From Heterodontus francisci (Eukaryota), in assembly GCF_036365525.1 (NCBI RefSeq), contig NW_027142279.1, forward strand, positions 868,001 through 932,000: 64,000 bases of DNA, given 5' to 3'. The notes under the pieces were generated by a model. That model was not told where the DNA came from. It worked only from the letters and a program-made list of their open reading frames with translations, and did no database searches. Each line of letters starts with the position of its first letter. Position 1 is the first letter of the stretch. A program made the position numbers and the translations under genes. Shown here in pieces: positions 51,470 through 63,932 of this stretch.

Positions 51470-54272
51470 CACTGACTATTACTGAGTCTTGGTTGAGGGA
51501 AGGGCATGATTGGCAACTAAATATCCCAGGATATCGATGCTTCAGGCGGGATAGAGAGGGAGATAAAAGGGGTGGAGGAGTTGCATTACTGGTCAAAGAG
51601 GATGTCAGCTGTGCTGAAGGAGGGCACCATGGAGGACTCGAGCAGTGAGGCAATATGGGCAGAACTCAGAAATAGGAAGGGTGCGGTAACAATGTTGGGG
51701 CTGTGCTCCAGGCCTTCCAACAGCGAGCGTGAGATAGAGGTACAAATATGTAAACAGATTATGGAAAGATGTCGGAGCAACAGGGTGGTTGTGATGGGAG
51801 ATTTTAATTTTCCCTACATTGACTGGGATTCACTTAGTGTTAGAATTCTAGATGGAGCAGAATTTGTAAGAAGCATCCAGGAGGGTTGTCTAGAGCAGTA
51901 TGTAAATAGTCCAACTCGGGAAGGGGCCATACTGGACCTGGTGTTGGGGAATGAGCCCGGCCAGGTGGTTGAAGTTTCAGTAGGGGACTACTTTGGGATT
52001 AGTGATCACAATTCCGTAAGTTTTAGAATACTCATGGACAAAGACGAGAGTGGTCCAAAAGGAAGAGTGCTAAATTGGGGGAAGGCCAACTATACCAAAA
52101 TTCGGCAGGAGCTGGGGAATGTAGATTGGGAGCAGCTGTTTGAAGGTAAATCCACACTTGATATGTGGGAGTCTTTTAAAGGGAGGTTGATTAGCGTGCA
52201 GGAGAGACATGTTCCTGTGAAAATGAGGGATAGAAATGGCAAGATTAGGGAACCATGGATGACAGGTGAAATTGTGAGACTAGCTAAGAGGAAAAAGGAA
52301 GCATCCATAAGGTCTAGGAGGCTGAAGAAAGACGAAGCTTTGAAAGAATATCGGGAATGTAGGACCAATCTGAAACGAGGAATTAAGAGGGCTAAAAGGG
52401 GTCATGAAATATCTTTAGCAAGCAGGGTTAAGGAAAATCCCAAAGCCTTTTATTCATATATAAGGAGCAAGAGGGTAACTAGAGAAAGGATTGGTCCACT
52501 CAAGGACAAAGCAGGAAAGTTATGCGTGGAGTCAGAGAAAATGGGTGAGATTCTAAACGAGTACTTTGCATCGGTATTCACCGAGGAGAGGGACATGACA
52601 GATGTTGATGTTAGGGACAGATGTTTAATTACTCTAGGTCAAGTTGGTATAAGGAGGGTGGAAGTGTTGGGTATTCTAAAAGGCATTAAGGTGGACAAGT
52701 CCCCAGGTCCGTATAGGATCTATCCCAGGTTAGTGAGGGAAGCGAGAGAGGAAATAGCTGGGGCCTTAACAGATATCTTTGCAGCATCCTTAAACACAGG
52801 TGAGGTCCCAGAGGACAGGGGAACTGCTAATGTTGTCCCCTTGTTTAAGAAGGGTAGCAGGGATAATCCAGGTAATTATAGGCCGGTGAGCCTGAAGTCA
52901 GTGGTAGGGAAGCTGCTGGAGAAGATACTGAGGGATAGGATCTATTCCCATCTGGAAGAAAATGGTCTTATCAGTGATAGGCAACATGGTTTTGTGCAGG
53001 GAAGATCATGTCTTACCAACTTAATAGAATTCTTTGAGGAAGTGACAAAGTTGATTGATGAGGGAAGGGCTGTCGATGTCATATACATGGACTTCAGTAA
53101 GGCGTTTGATAAGGTTCCCCATGGTAGGCTGATGGAGAACGTGACGTCGCATGGGGTCCAGGGTGTACTAGCTAGATGGATAAAGAACTGGCTGGGCAAC
53201 AGGAGACAGAGAGTAGCAGTGGAAGGGAGTTTCTCAAAATGGAGACGTGTGACCAGTGGTGTTCCACAGGGATCCGTGCTGGGACCACTGTTGTTTGTGA
53301 TATACATAAATGATTTGGAGGAAAGTATAGGTGGTCTGATTAGCAAGTTTGCAGACGACACTAAGATTGGTGGAGTAGCAGATAGTGAAGGGGACTGTCA
53401 GAGAATACAGCAGAATATAGATAGATTGGAGAGTTGGGCAGAGAAATGGCAGATGGAGTTCAATCAGGGCAAATGCGAGGTGATGCATTTTGGAAGATCC
53501 ATTTCAAGAGTGAACTATACAGTAAATGGAAAAGTCCTGGGGAAAATTGATGTACAGAGAGATTTGGGTGTTCAGGTCCATTGGTCCCTGAAGGTGGCAA
53601 CGCAGGTCAATAGAGTGGTCAAGAAGGCATACGGCATGCTTTCCTTCATCGGACAGGGTATTGAGTACAAGGATTGGCAGGTCATGTTACAGTTGTATAA
53701 GACTTTGGTTCGGCCACATTTGGAATACTGCGTGCAGATCTGGTCGCCACATTACCAAAAGGATGTAGATGCTTTGGAGAGGGTGCAGAGGAGGTTCACC
53801 AGGATGTTGCCTGGTATAGAGGGCGCAAGCTATGAAGAGAGGTTGAGTAGATTAGGATTATTTTCATTTGAAAGACGGAGGTTGAGGGGGGACCTGATTG
53901 AGGTGTACAAAAGCATGAGAGGTATAGACAGGATGGATAGCAAGAAGCTTTTTCCCAGCGTGGGGGACTCAATTACTAGGGGTCACGAGTTCAAAGTGAG
54001 AGAGGAAAAGTTTAGGAAGGAAAATGCGTGGAACGTTCTTTACGCAGAGAGTGGTGGGTGCCTGGAATGCGTTGCCAGCGGAGGTGGTAGACGCGGGCAC
54101 GATAGCATCTTTAAAGATGTATCTAGACAGATACATGAATGGGCAGGAAGCAAAGAGATACAGACCCTTAGAAAATAGGCGACATGTTTAGATGGAGGAT
54201 CTGGATTGGCGCAGGCTTGGAGGGCCGATGGGCCTGTTCCTGTGCTGTACTTTTATTTGTTCTTTGTTCTTT
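51470..54272 (+). mobile_element. Younger 5'-truncated CR1 (partial endonuclease + RT), nested
   Basis: ORF 51572..54178 (868 aa) with MGDFNFP, LDLVL, SDH, NYRPVSL, GVPQGS, FADD; tail ttgttctttgttcttt. Confidence 0.93.
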
Positions 54273-55521
54273 GACCTGAAACATTAACTCTGCTTTCTCT
54301 CCACAGATGCTGCCAGATCTACTGAGTATTTCCTGCATTTTCTATTATGATTAGTGATTAATGATTGTTTTTCAGGCTGGAGGAAGGTTTGTCGTGAAGT
54401 TCCCCAGGGATCAGTATTGGACCCTTGCTTTCCTTGCTATATACTAAAGACTTAGACCTTGGTGTGCAGGGCACCATTTCAATATTTGTGGGTGATACGA
54501 AACTTGGAAGGATCGTGAAATATGAGGAGGATAGTGTAGAACTTCAAAAGGGCATAGATAGGTGGAATGGGGGACAAGTGGCACATGAAGTTCAATGCAG
54601 CGAAGATTCATTTTAGTAGGAGAAACATGGAGATACAATGAAAAATGAAGGGTACAATTCTAAAGGGGGTGCATAAGCAGAGGGACCTGGGTGTATATGT
54701 GCATAAATCAATGAAGTTGGCGAGACAGGTTGAGAGCGTGGTTAAATAAAGCCTGCAGAATCCTGGGCTTTATGAACAGGGGCTTAGAGTACAAGAGCAA
54801 GGAGGTTAAGTTGAACATGCATAAGACACTAGTTTGGTCTCAGCTGGAATATTGCGTCCAATTCTGGGCACCGCAATTTGGGAAAGACGCGGGGGCATTG
54901 GAGAGAGTATGGAAAAAATTCACAAGAATGGTTCCAGGGATGAGAAACTTCAGTTATGAAGATAGATTGGAGAAGTTAGGACTTTTGCCCTGAGGGAAAA
55001 GAAGGCTGAGGGGTGATTTGGTGGAGGCACTCAAAATCATGAGGGGTCTGGACAGAGTAGATACAGTGAAACTGTTCCCACTCGTGAAAGGATCGAGAAC
55101 GAGAGGGCACAGATTTAAAGTATTTGGTAAGAGACAAAAAACCTTTTCACGTAGCGAGTGGTTAAGGTCTGGAATGGGCTACCTGGGAAGTGGTGGAGGC
55201 AGGTTCAATTGAAGTATTCAAAAGGGAATTAGACAGTTATATGGAAAGGAAGAATGTGCAGGGTTACGGGGAGAAGGCGGGATGGAACAGAACAAATTGT
55301 TCATTCAGAGAGCCTGTGCGGACACGATAGGCCGAATGGCCTCCTTCTGCATTGTAACGATTCTGTGATTCTGTGATTACAGGTGTAATTTCAGGTGAAA
55401 TGATCAATAGGGAGGAGTAAGTGATTTGCCCCAGTTTCTGGTACTCTCTGCCGCTACCAGTCTCTCTAACAGTTAATAATTACCATCCGTTCAGGGACTG
55501 ACTCTGTGATTGTTGTTGCAG

Positions 55522-55598
55522 TTCTGGTGGATGGAAGATTCCAGAGACTGTTGTTCCAGCGCGCCAGTGCTCCACATATGGCACAGGCTGGTTACAGG
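55522..55598 (+). CDS. D10C domain 1, exon b
   Basis: ttgcag|(S)SGGWKIPETVVPARQCSTYGTGWLQ(G)|gtattg; 77 nt, phase 2 to 1, in frame with exon a. Confidence 0.88.
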
Positions 55599-55692
55599 GT
55601 ATTGTCAGATTTTATCATATCAGATTTACATTCACTGTCCAGCACTGCTCACATCGGTTACATTCTTCAATATTTATAAACTCTCATTTCAG

Positions 55693-55857
55693 GTTCCCAT
55701 CCCAGTGTGGGACAAGGGGAAGTAATGGGGACCATTTGTTTTAACTGGAATGAAAATCGCTGCCATTGGACACAGGAGATAAGCATCAAAAACTGCAGCA
55801 GTTATTTCGTTTATGAGCTGAAGCCTCCACCCGGCTGTGACGCTGCTTATTGTACAG
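55693..55857 (+). CDS. D10C domain 1, exon c
   Basis: tttcag|(G)SHPSVGQGEVMGTICFNWNENRCHWTQEISIKNCSSYFVYELKPPPGCDAAYCT|gtagat; matches the D8C C-terminal HP...C..W...C.W...I..K.C..Y.VY.L...P.C...YCT pattern. Confidence 0.92.
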
Positions 55858-58800
55858 GTAGATTGCTGTTTCTATATGGCCCAGTTGGGTGATTCTAGTA
55901 TGTCCCGTGTCACCCACAGAAATAAGACTGTTGACTTGCTCTCCTTATTGTAAGGGACACAGTGAATAAAGGATCTGTAGCACAATGTGAACTTTTCACT
56001 GAAGCTCTCGGGAACTGAATCAGATGATGCTGTCTGGAGAGAGGGCTGGAATGTCTCGGGATTTTTCCGTCAGGATTGTACTTTAGGTTCTCAGATGAGT
56101 GTCGGACATAGCAGCAGGGTCCTGATGGACTGGAGCTGGAGCAGGAACAGGGAGAGATCTTTGCACACCAAACTCCCTCTCCGGTGCCCATGGATCGTGA
56201 AGGTTCCAGGGTGCAGGGCTGTACCTGTATGCTCCCTTTCCCGTGCCCATTGATCGTGAGAAGAGTACGAAAACATGAATAGGGAAAGCAGGAGTGTGAG
56301 ATATAATAGAGCATTTCAGAGAGAAAGTGAAAGAGAGGAAGGGAATTCAAATTAAGAGAGATGGAACGAGTACAAGAGGGTAGTCTTGACTCAAGGGAAC
56401 ATTATGGCCAGGAAGAATCTTAATCCAGCGCAGGACCCAGTGAAAAGCTGTTTAAATTTATACAAGCTCTCCCTAAGTTTGAGGAAAGGGAAGTAGAGGC
56501 ATTTTTTTTTAAATAGCCAAACGAATGAAATGGCCAAAGGAAAGCTGGATACTGCTTGTGCAAAACAGGTTAATGGGCAGAGCTCATGAGCTTTATGCCA
56601 TGTTTCCTGAAGAGGCTTCTGCAGGTTATGAGATGACAAAAAATGCTATTCTCGATGCGTCTGAGTTAGTCCCTGGAGCTTCCTGACAGAAGTTTTGTTA
56701 CCTCCAGAGATTGGCTGGGCAGACTTATATAAAATTTTATAGGGCAAAGAAAATTAATTTGTATCATTGGATACGGGCAGTAAAGATAGAAGCCACGTAT
56801 GAGAACCTAAGTGAACTAATTCTCCTGGAAGAATTTAATGTTCACTCACTCCAGTCGTGAGAACTCATGTAGATAACCTGAAAGTTTTAAAAGCCAGGCA
56901 AACAGTGGAAAGTGCTGATGATTTTCAGCTTGTGAATAAGCTAATACCCTTTGTCTGTCAGCACCACAGACCCGAGAAGCATAGAGGGTGCAAGAGTGAA
57001 AGGGAGGAAGTATTCGGGGACAAGAAGGAACAGCTGGTAACGCCCCAGGATCCCCTCTTCAGGCCAGAAAGGAAGGTGCTGAGGGTAGGAGTGAAGTCCA
57101 CAAGCCGAAGTGTTATCATTGCCACAGGGTGGGACAGCTTCGCTTAGAATGCTGGAAGTTGCGATGTAAACCCAAAGGACTTGTTGGGGTAAACAAAGCT
57201 AATGCAGAGACAGGGGCTCGGACTGAGAGTACAGCAGAGCAGGCTGTAGCTTTAACGGCAGCTGTAAAAAGCAGATGCAAAAAAAAGTGAGTGTGGGGGT
57301 TGAGAATAGGTACCTGGAAGTTATTATAAATACTTGTCTGAAGGAAAAGCAACTCTATACCCCTCAAGTGAGGAAGGCAAACCTATCGTTATACTTCGGG
57401 TTACAGGAGCAACCCAAACTCTTTTGCTGGGGGATGGTATAACCTTTCCACCAGAGAGCGCACTGAATGCTAAAGCTTTAGTTAATGGTATTGGCGGGGA
57501 GCATATACCCTTCCGTTGTATCATGTGCACCTGGGGTGCAAGCTAATGTTGGGGAAGGTAACTGTCGTACTTGTCCATAGATTGCTGGGAGACGGAATTG
57601 ACCTACCCCTGGGGAATGGTTTGGCCGGAGAAGGAATATCAGCTTCTTCCATAGTCAAAGGGAAACCATGTGAAGTTAGAGAAACATATCAATTACAGGA
57701 ACAAGTTCTAGGAATATTTCCTGCGTGAGTAGTAACCCGAGCAAGTTCCATTGTCGGAGATAACATTGGCACCACAAACAGATAGCTGGGTATCTGAAAC
57801 TTTCCTTGGGGATTTAGATAATTCAACTGAGATGTTTAACAAATCATCTATAAAGGCAGCACAGCAAGCTGATCCAGAGTTACATGGAATAACAGAGTCG
57901 GCTCTGACAGAATCAGAGACAAAATGAGTTCCAGAAGGCTATTATGCTGAAGACAGGGTTCTTAGGAGGAAATGGAGACCACCTCATGGACTTGTGGAAA
58001 ACTGGAAGGTTGTTCAAAAGGTAGTGGTGCCACCTAAATATCGCCAGGAATTATTAGGGTTGGCAAAAGACATTTTACGAGCATGACACATGGCATCTGC
58101 AAGACCAAATCACAAAAAAGGCAACATTACTACTGGTCAGGCCTTGAAAAGGACGTAAGACAGTTTTTTAGGACATGCCAGACGTGACAAATGGTGGGAA
58201 AACTGTAACCTATCATAAAACCGGCACTCCTAATTCCCCTATCAGTTATTGAGTAGGGTATTGGTAGATTTTGTAGGGCCATTGCCAAAAACAAAATCAG
58301 GACAGCAATATATACTTACTATCATGGATATGGCTACTCAATCCAAGAGGCCATTCCCTTGAGGACAATTACTCCTAAAGTAGTAGTAGGAAAGTTAACC
58401 CAATTCTTTACGAGATATGGATTACAACTTGAAGTTCAATCGAATCAAGGTTCTAATTTCATGTCGAAGATATTTCAAGAAGTCATGGTTAATTTGGACA
58501 TCAAACAGTTAAAATCTTCAGCATATCACCCACAGACACAGGGAGCTCCAGAAAGGTACCATCAAACTCTCCAAACAATAATTCGAGCATACTGTCATGA
58601 ATTCGCCATGATTTGGATTACTTTAATTTGCCAGGAGAGATTCACCAAATGGGTCTACAGATTTCAGCCTTTTCGAATTGGTTTATGGACATGAAATAAG
58701 AGATCCTCTAAAACACATCAAAGACAGGTTCTCAGAGTGAAGGGATGAATCTTCAATACTAGACCATGTATCTGTGTTCTGGGAAAAGCTCACAGATCTT

Positions 58801-59066
58801 GCAATGTGGCTCAGGAACACCTTAAAGCATCCCAAGCCAATACGACAAAACGTTTAGATCCGAAATTTTCAACCCAGGGCTGAAATATTAATATTATTAC
58901 CATTGCAGGGCGAAGTATTAAAAGCTCGGTTCAGTGATCTGTATAAAGTGGTCAAAATAATAATTAAGGTAAATTGCTTGATTGACATCCGTGACCACCA
59001 GAAAAAGGGCTTGTGTCATATCAATATATGAAAACAAAATTATCACAGGGAGGAGGATAAACCAGT

Positions 59067-59983
59067 TGTCATCCTAGGCCCCCACCTGCTATAAATGAGG
59101 CACATTAATGTTGTCATGAACATTGATTTTAAACTGTTACTGGAGTGAAGAAAGGACTTGTTCAGCAGATCGGCCGTGCCTGGAAAAGACATTTGCATAT
59201 TAACAGGTGGTGATTGGAAGGACAAAGGGCCATTCCCTAACACATTCAACCCACAATGGTCCTTGATCACCAGGTATTGTGTGTAAGAGGAGCATTCCAG
59301 AGGCTGCTGCAATCCAAGACGTGGTCAGATCAATTAATCACATGACTAACCAGCTTGGCAACCGGGATTTTTCTGAATTGTACAACCAGTTTGAACTCAG
59401 CGAGCATGTCCGTTTGCCACTGGTGTGAGAAGATCGCTCCTGGCTGGCTTGCCACAGCCTCTCCTGTCTGCCTGCTCCCATCTCTTTCTCACAGAACTCC
59501 AAATCCACTGAAGATGCATGAACGACAAGAGAGAAAAGTCTCCTACAGCGAACAAGGTTTAAGAAGAATACTTGGCCCCAACAAAAAGCAAGACCTGCCA
59601 ACAATCAAGGACTCTACAGTGAGCTCGCAGAACCATAACACAAAAAACTTCTTCAGATTTTGCCTCAAACTTTTCCACTTTATTCACTCTCTTTCTGTCT
59701 CTCTCTGCATGTGGGTATTGCATGTGTGTGTTAGTATGGGCGCGTCCAGTATCCCATGGCATTAACCGAATTAGAGGTTAAGTTTCAGTTTAATACAATT
59801 TCACTTTTCTTCTTTAAAGCTGAGAAAACCTGTTGTGCAGGTTTATTTGCCTTATAATTGGAAAGCAGTGAAAAATTATTCACCAAGGGGGAGCTGAAAA
59901 CATAGTGTTTTTTTAAAAGTAAACCTGTTACAGAAAGTCAAGGTGAAGGTTAATAGGGAACCCTAGACCTCTTTCTCCTGTAA
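59067..59983 (+). mobile_element. Solo-LTR-like insertion within the Gypsy pol
   Basis: Non-coding block starting with TG that interrupts pol between integrase and RT; 3' end and TSD not clean. Confidence 0.4.
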
Positions 59984-60296
59984 GAGTACAGATATGTCAG
60001 GTAATGGGGAATGTTGAGAAGGAAAAGAATAGAGACGATGAGGCAGAAGGAGGCCTCGAGAATTCTCAGATTGAACCTCCTACTATCCGGTTAGATAATA
60101 CAGAATGTCTACGAAAATTGGACAACATGCTTTCGTACTTACATGCAGAACAACGAGGCTACTCACAACATTTAAAAGAGTCTGTAGGGATAAGCCAGGA
60201 TATATAACCTTAGCCACAGATGATGTGGATGCTCATCAGTTCCTTTAAAACAGTATCCATACTGCGTAAGTCCAGGCAAACAGGCCTAAGTAAAAA

Positions 60297-60635
60297 CAGC
60301 ACAGTGGCGCAGTGGTTAGCACCGCAGCCTCACAGCTCCAGGGACCCGGGTTCAATTCCGGGTACTGCCTGTGTGGAGTTTGCAAGTTCTCCCTGTGTCT
60401 GCGTGGGTTTTCTCCGGGTGCTCCGGTTTCCTCCCACAAGCCAAAAGACTTGCAGGTTGATAGGTAAATTGGCCATTATAAATTGTCACTAGTATAGGTA
60501 GGTGGTAGGGAAATATAGGGACAGGTGGGGATGTTTGGTAGGAATATAGGATTCATATAAATGGGTGGTTGATGTTCGGCACAGACTCGGTGGGCCGAAG
60601 GGCCTGTTTCAGTGCTGTATCTCTAATCTAAAATC
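60297..60635 (+). mobile_element. HE1-like V-SINE (full length, CR1-type tail)
   Basis: gcacagtggcgcagtggttagc (A box), gggttcaattcc (B box), V-domain, 3' gggccgaagggcctgtttc...(tctaa)n. Confidence 0.88.
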
Positions 60636-61269
60636 TAATACATGTTGGAGAACAACTTACTTGAATCTAGTCAAAGCAGCTGGAGTTCACCAATGGTATT
60701 AGTGCCGAAACCTAATGGGTCGATCAGACTTTGCATAGACTACAGAAAAGTCAGTGCAGTAACAAAGGCAGACTTCTACCCAATCCTAACTTCGAAGACT
60801 GTATTGACAGAATGGGCAGTGCCATATTTCTTATAAAGATAGATCAGTTAAAGGGATACTACCAAGTTCCTTTGACACCTCGAGCAAAAGAAATGTCAGC
60901 TTTTGTCACACCAGATGGTGTTTATCAGTGCTGAGAAATGCCATTACAGTAACCATACAGTAACCCTAGGAAGGAACACTTAAAACGCTGTTTAAAAAAT
61001 TAAAAGCCGCTGATTTGGTGGTAAGTCTGGCAAAAAGTGAATTCGCAAAGTATGAGTGACCGACCTTGGACATATAGTAGTTGTGCTGCCAAGAACTGCA
61101 AATGTGCAAGCATTAGTGGAGTTCCCTATCCCTAAAACTAAGCGTGAAATCATGAGGTTTTTGGGTATATATGACCCAGGAAAAGAGGAGTTGTTACTAT
61201 CTGTGGAGGAAGACTATTTTGATGAAAGGAAGCCATTGCATTCAAAAGGTGGTAGATTCCTATTGCCTC

Positions 61270-62245
61270 TAGTCTCTGGAGATCCCAGCTATTCACAATA
61301 TATATTAATTATATAGATGAGGGAATTAAATGCACTATATCCAAGTTTGCAGATGACACAGAGCTGGGTGGGAGTACGAGCTGTGAGGATGATGTGAGCA
61401 GATTTGGACAGGTTGAGTCAGTGGGCAAATAATGGCAGATGCAGTATAATGTGGATAAATGTGAGGTTATCCACTTTGGTGTCAAAAACAGAAATGCAGA
61501 TTATTATCTGAACGGTGATAGACTGGGAAAGGGGGAGGTGCAGCGAGACCTGGGTGTCCTAGTGCACCAGTCGCTGAAAGTAAGCATGCAGGTGCAGCAG
61601 GCAGTTAAGAAGACAAATGGTATGTTGGCCTTCACAGCGAGAGGATTCGTGTACAGGAGCAAGGATGTATTGCTGCAGTTATACAGTGCCATGGTGAGAC
61701 CACATCCGGAGTATTTTATCCAGTTTTGGTCCCCTTATCTTGGGAAGGATGTTCTTGCTATAAGGGAGTGCAGCGAAGGTTCACCAGAATGATTCCTGGG
61801 ATGGCAGGACTGACGTAGAAAGAGAGATTAGGTCGATTAGGCTTGTATTCACTAGAGTTTAGAAGAACGAGAGGGGGTATCAATAGAAGCCTACAAAATT
61901 CTAACAGGACTGTACAGACTAGATGCAGGAAGGATGTTCCCAATGGCGGGGGGAGTCCAGGACCAGGGGTCACAGTCTAAGGATAAAGGGCAAACCCATT
62001 TAGGAATGAGATGTGGAGGGTGGTGACCTGAGGAATTCTCTGCCACAGAAAGCAGTTGAGGCCAAATCATTAAATATATTCAAAAAAGAGCTAGATATAG
62101 TACTTCGGGCTAAAGGAATCAAGGAATATGGGGAGAAAGCGGGAACAGACTACTGATTTGGATAATCAGCCATGATCGTATTAAATGGCGGTGCAGCCTC
62201 GAAGGGCTGAATGGACTACTCCTGCTCCAGCTTTCTATATTTCTA
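61270..62245 (+). mobile_element. CR1 3' fragment
   Basis: tttgcagatgacac (FADD) and ORF 61439..61792. Confidence 0.88.
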
Positions 62246-62249
62246 TGAT

Positions 62250-62950
62250 GAATCCCTGCCTCAAGAGCGATTCCTGATGCACCCTGTGTTTTGGGAGATC
62301 CTGAAATCGCAAGAAAGAATCCATTGCTGGACTGATACTTCAAAACCCAAGTGCACGTGTTGCTGCACCCTTTTCTGAAAGACCTGTGTGACGCCTGCTG
62401 CAGACAAATTGCTTTGAACGCCTATCCATCATAGACTGCTCAACAAACTCGCCTGGAGAGACTTCGAGTGGCATCTGGCTATTTGACTCTGGGACAGCTC
62501 ACCATACTGGAAGCATCCTATCAGAATGGAATAAACTCAATCACTTTATTTTCTCCTTTTTATTCTGAAGAAACAGCTGTAAATCTCCCCAGTTAACTTT
62601 TTGAATGTATGTGTGTGTGCATGAATGTTAGGAAGAATGAGAAGTTGGTGGCAAAAACAGAAAGGCAGATTATTATCTGAACGGTGATAGGTTGGGAAAG
62701 GGGAGGTGCAGTGAGACACGGGTGTCCTTTCACACGCAATTATCTCATTATTGTTTAAGACTTGGTATATTAATAAATAGTTGATTTTTATTCATTCAAG
62801 AAACCTGGTTTGGTGTGTTTTATTCTGGGGGACAAATAGCGTGTTTAATTTGGCTACTTTCTGGCTGGTGGGAACTTTTAACAATATGTTGTGACCTGTG
62901 GAGTAGCAGGACTAAATTAACAGTGCATTACCACCGCCTTGGTCAAAACA
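62250..62950 (+). mobile_element. LTR-like sequence (possibly the 3' LTR of the Gypsy element)
   Basis: Non-coding, contains aataaa and ends ggtcaaaaca; no matching 5' LTR identified. Confidence 0.35.
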
Positions 62951-62959
62951 AGACTAAAT

Positions 62960-63435
62960 TAAAGGAAGTCCAAAGTAATGGAAGGGATTTTTGTGGCCTG
63001 AACAATATGGAGAGAGAGGAGGTAAAAGTGCTGAATCTCCTCTGCTTGCATGGAATTCTGCATTCAGAAAGGGGAAGGCTGTTGACAGAGACTGAGATGT
63101 GAAGCAGGGAGTCTCGGAGGGAATGGGCCCTTTGGAATGCAGAAACGGGAGGGGGGATGTGTTTGGTGCCATCAAGTTGGAGGTTACTGAATTGGGGGAG
63201 GATGTTCCATTGATTAAGAAGGCTGGTGGGGTGAAAGGTGAGGATAAATGGGTCCCGATCGTGTTTGATCTTTTGACTGGACACTCGATATAGCCTTGCA
63301 CCATCTGATATTTTGTAATTTATTCTCACCTGCACTCGATCCTATCACAGACCTTTCCTTTGGTTCTTCTTCACATCCTTCCCACTTTCACCTGCTCAAA
63401 ACCTATTACATTTCAAACGTTTCCCAGTTCAGATG
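62960..63435 (-). mobile_element. Penelope-like element fragment
   Basis: ORF 62943..63335 contains PFILTFHPTSL...PPPVSAFQRAHSLRDSLL (Penelope RT-to-GIY-YIG linker); adjoining plus-strand terminal piece ending ttcccagttc. Confidence 0.65.
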
Positions 63436-63476
63436 TAATATCACATATTAACATTAAACATCTTTCTGTCACTCAG

Positions 63477-63609
63477 TCACAGACTCCGCACTCACTGACC
63501 CGTGTGTACATCACACAGTCCTGGACCAGCCCTGGAGGAGCATCGATTCTACTGAAACTCAGTGGAAGTGTGATGATGGTCTTCACTTCGGATGGTACAG
63601 ATTTAAAAG
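63477..63609 (+). CDS. D10C domain 2, exon a
   Basis: ctcag|(V)TDSALTDPCVHHTVLDQPWRSIDSTETQWKCDDGLHFGWYRFK(S)|gtaatg; paralogue of 48273-48417. Confidence 0.88.
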
Positions 63610-63761
63610 GTAATGTAAAGGAACAAGTTCAGGATAAACTAGTCAATAAGAGAGGAGTGAGGAATTGTCCCCAGTTTCTGGTATTCTCTACCGGTACCAG
63701 TCTCTCGAACAGTTAATAATTACCGTCAGATCAGTGGCTGACTCTGTGATTGTTGTTTCAG

Positions 63762-63838
63762 TTCTGGTGGATGGAAGATTCCAGAAACTAGCGTACCAGT
63801 GTATCACTGCTCCACAGCAAGCCCAGGCTGGTTACAAG
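63762..63838 (+). CDS. D10C domain 2, exon b
   Basis: tttcag|(S)SGGWKIPETSVPVYHCSTASPGWLQ(G)|gtattg; 77 nt. Confidence 0.88.
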
Positions 63839-63932
63839 GTATTGTTAGGCTTTATCATATCAGATTTATATTCACTGTCCAGCACTGTTCACATCAGTTA
63901 CATTCTTCAATATTTATAAACTCTCATTTCAG

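Larger units (their letters stand above)
51088..54349 (-). mobile_element. Penelope-like terminal segments (51088-~51465 minus; 54273-54349 plus) inserted in the old CR1
   Basis: Same terminal family in inverted arrangement; imperfect TSD tagtggttaatgg / tagtgattaatga on the two sides. Confidence 0.65.
48440..55378 (+). mobile_element. Old near-full-length CR1 (ORF1 esterase + ORF2), degenerate, interrupted at 51088-54349
   Basis: ORF1-like VVCIGTNE...RELG...LLPVP at ~48780-48920, endonuclease motifs from ~49290, RT to 51085 resuming at 54350, tail (ctgtgatt)n at ~55360-55378. Confidence 0.85.
56400..61170 (+). mobile_element. Degenerate Ty3/Gypsy LTR retrotransposon with Gmr1-like domain order
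   Basis: gag (LILLEEF ~56810; CCHC-like knuckle ~57110-57155), protease-like ILRVTGATQTLL (~57390), integrase (58250-58690, SSAYHPQTQG), then RT (60642-60934, WSSPMVLVPKPNGSIRLCIDYRKV). Confidence 0.85.
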
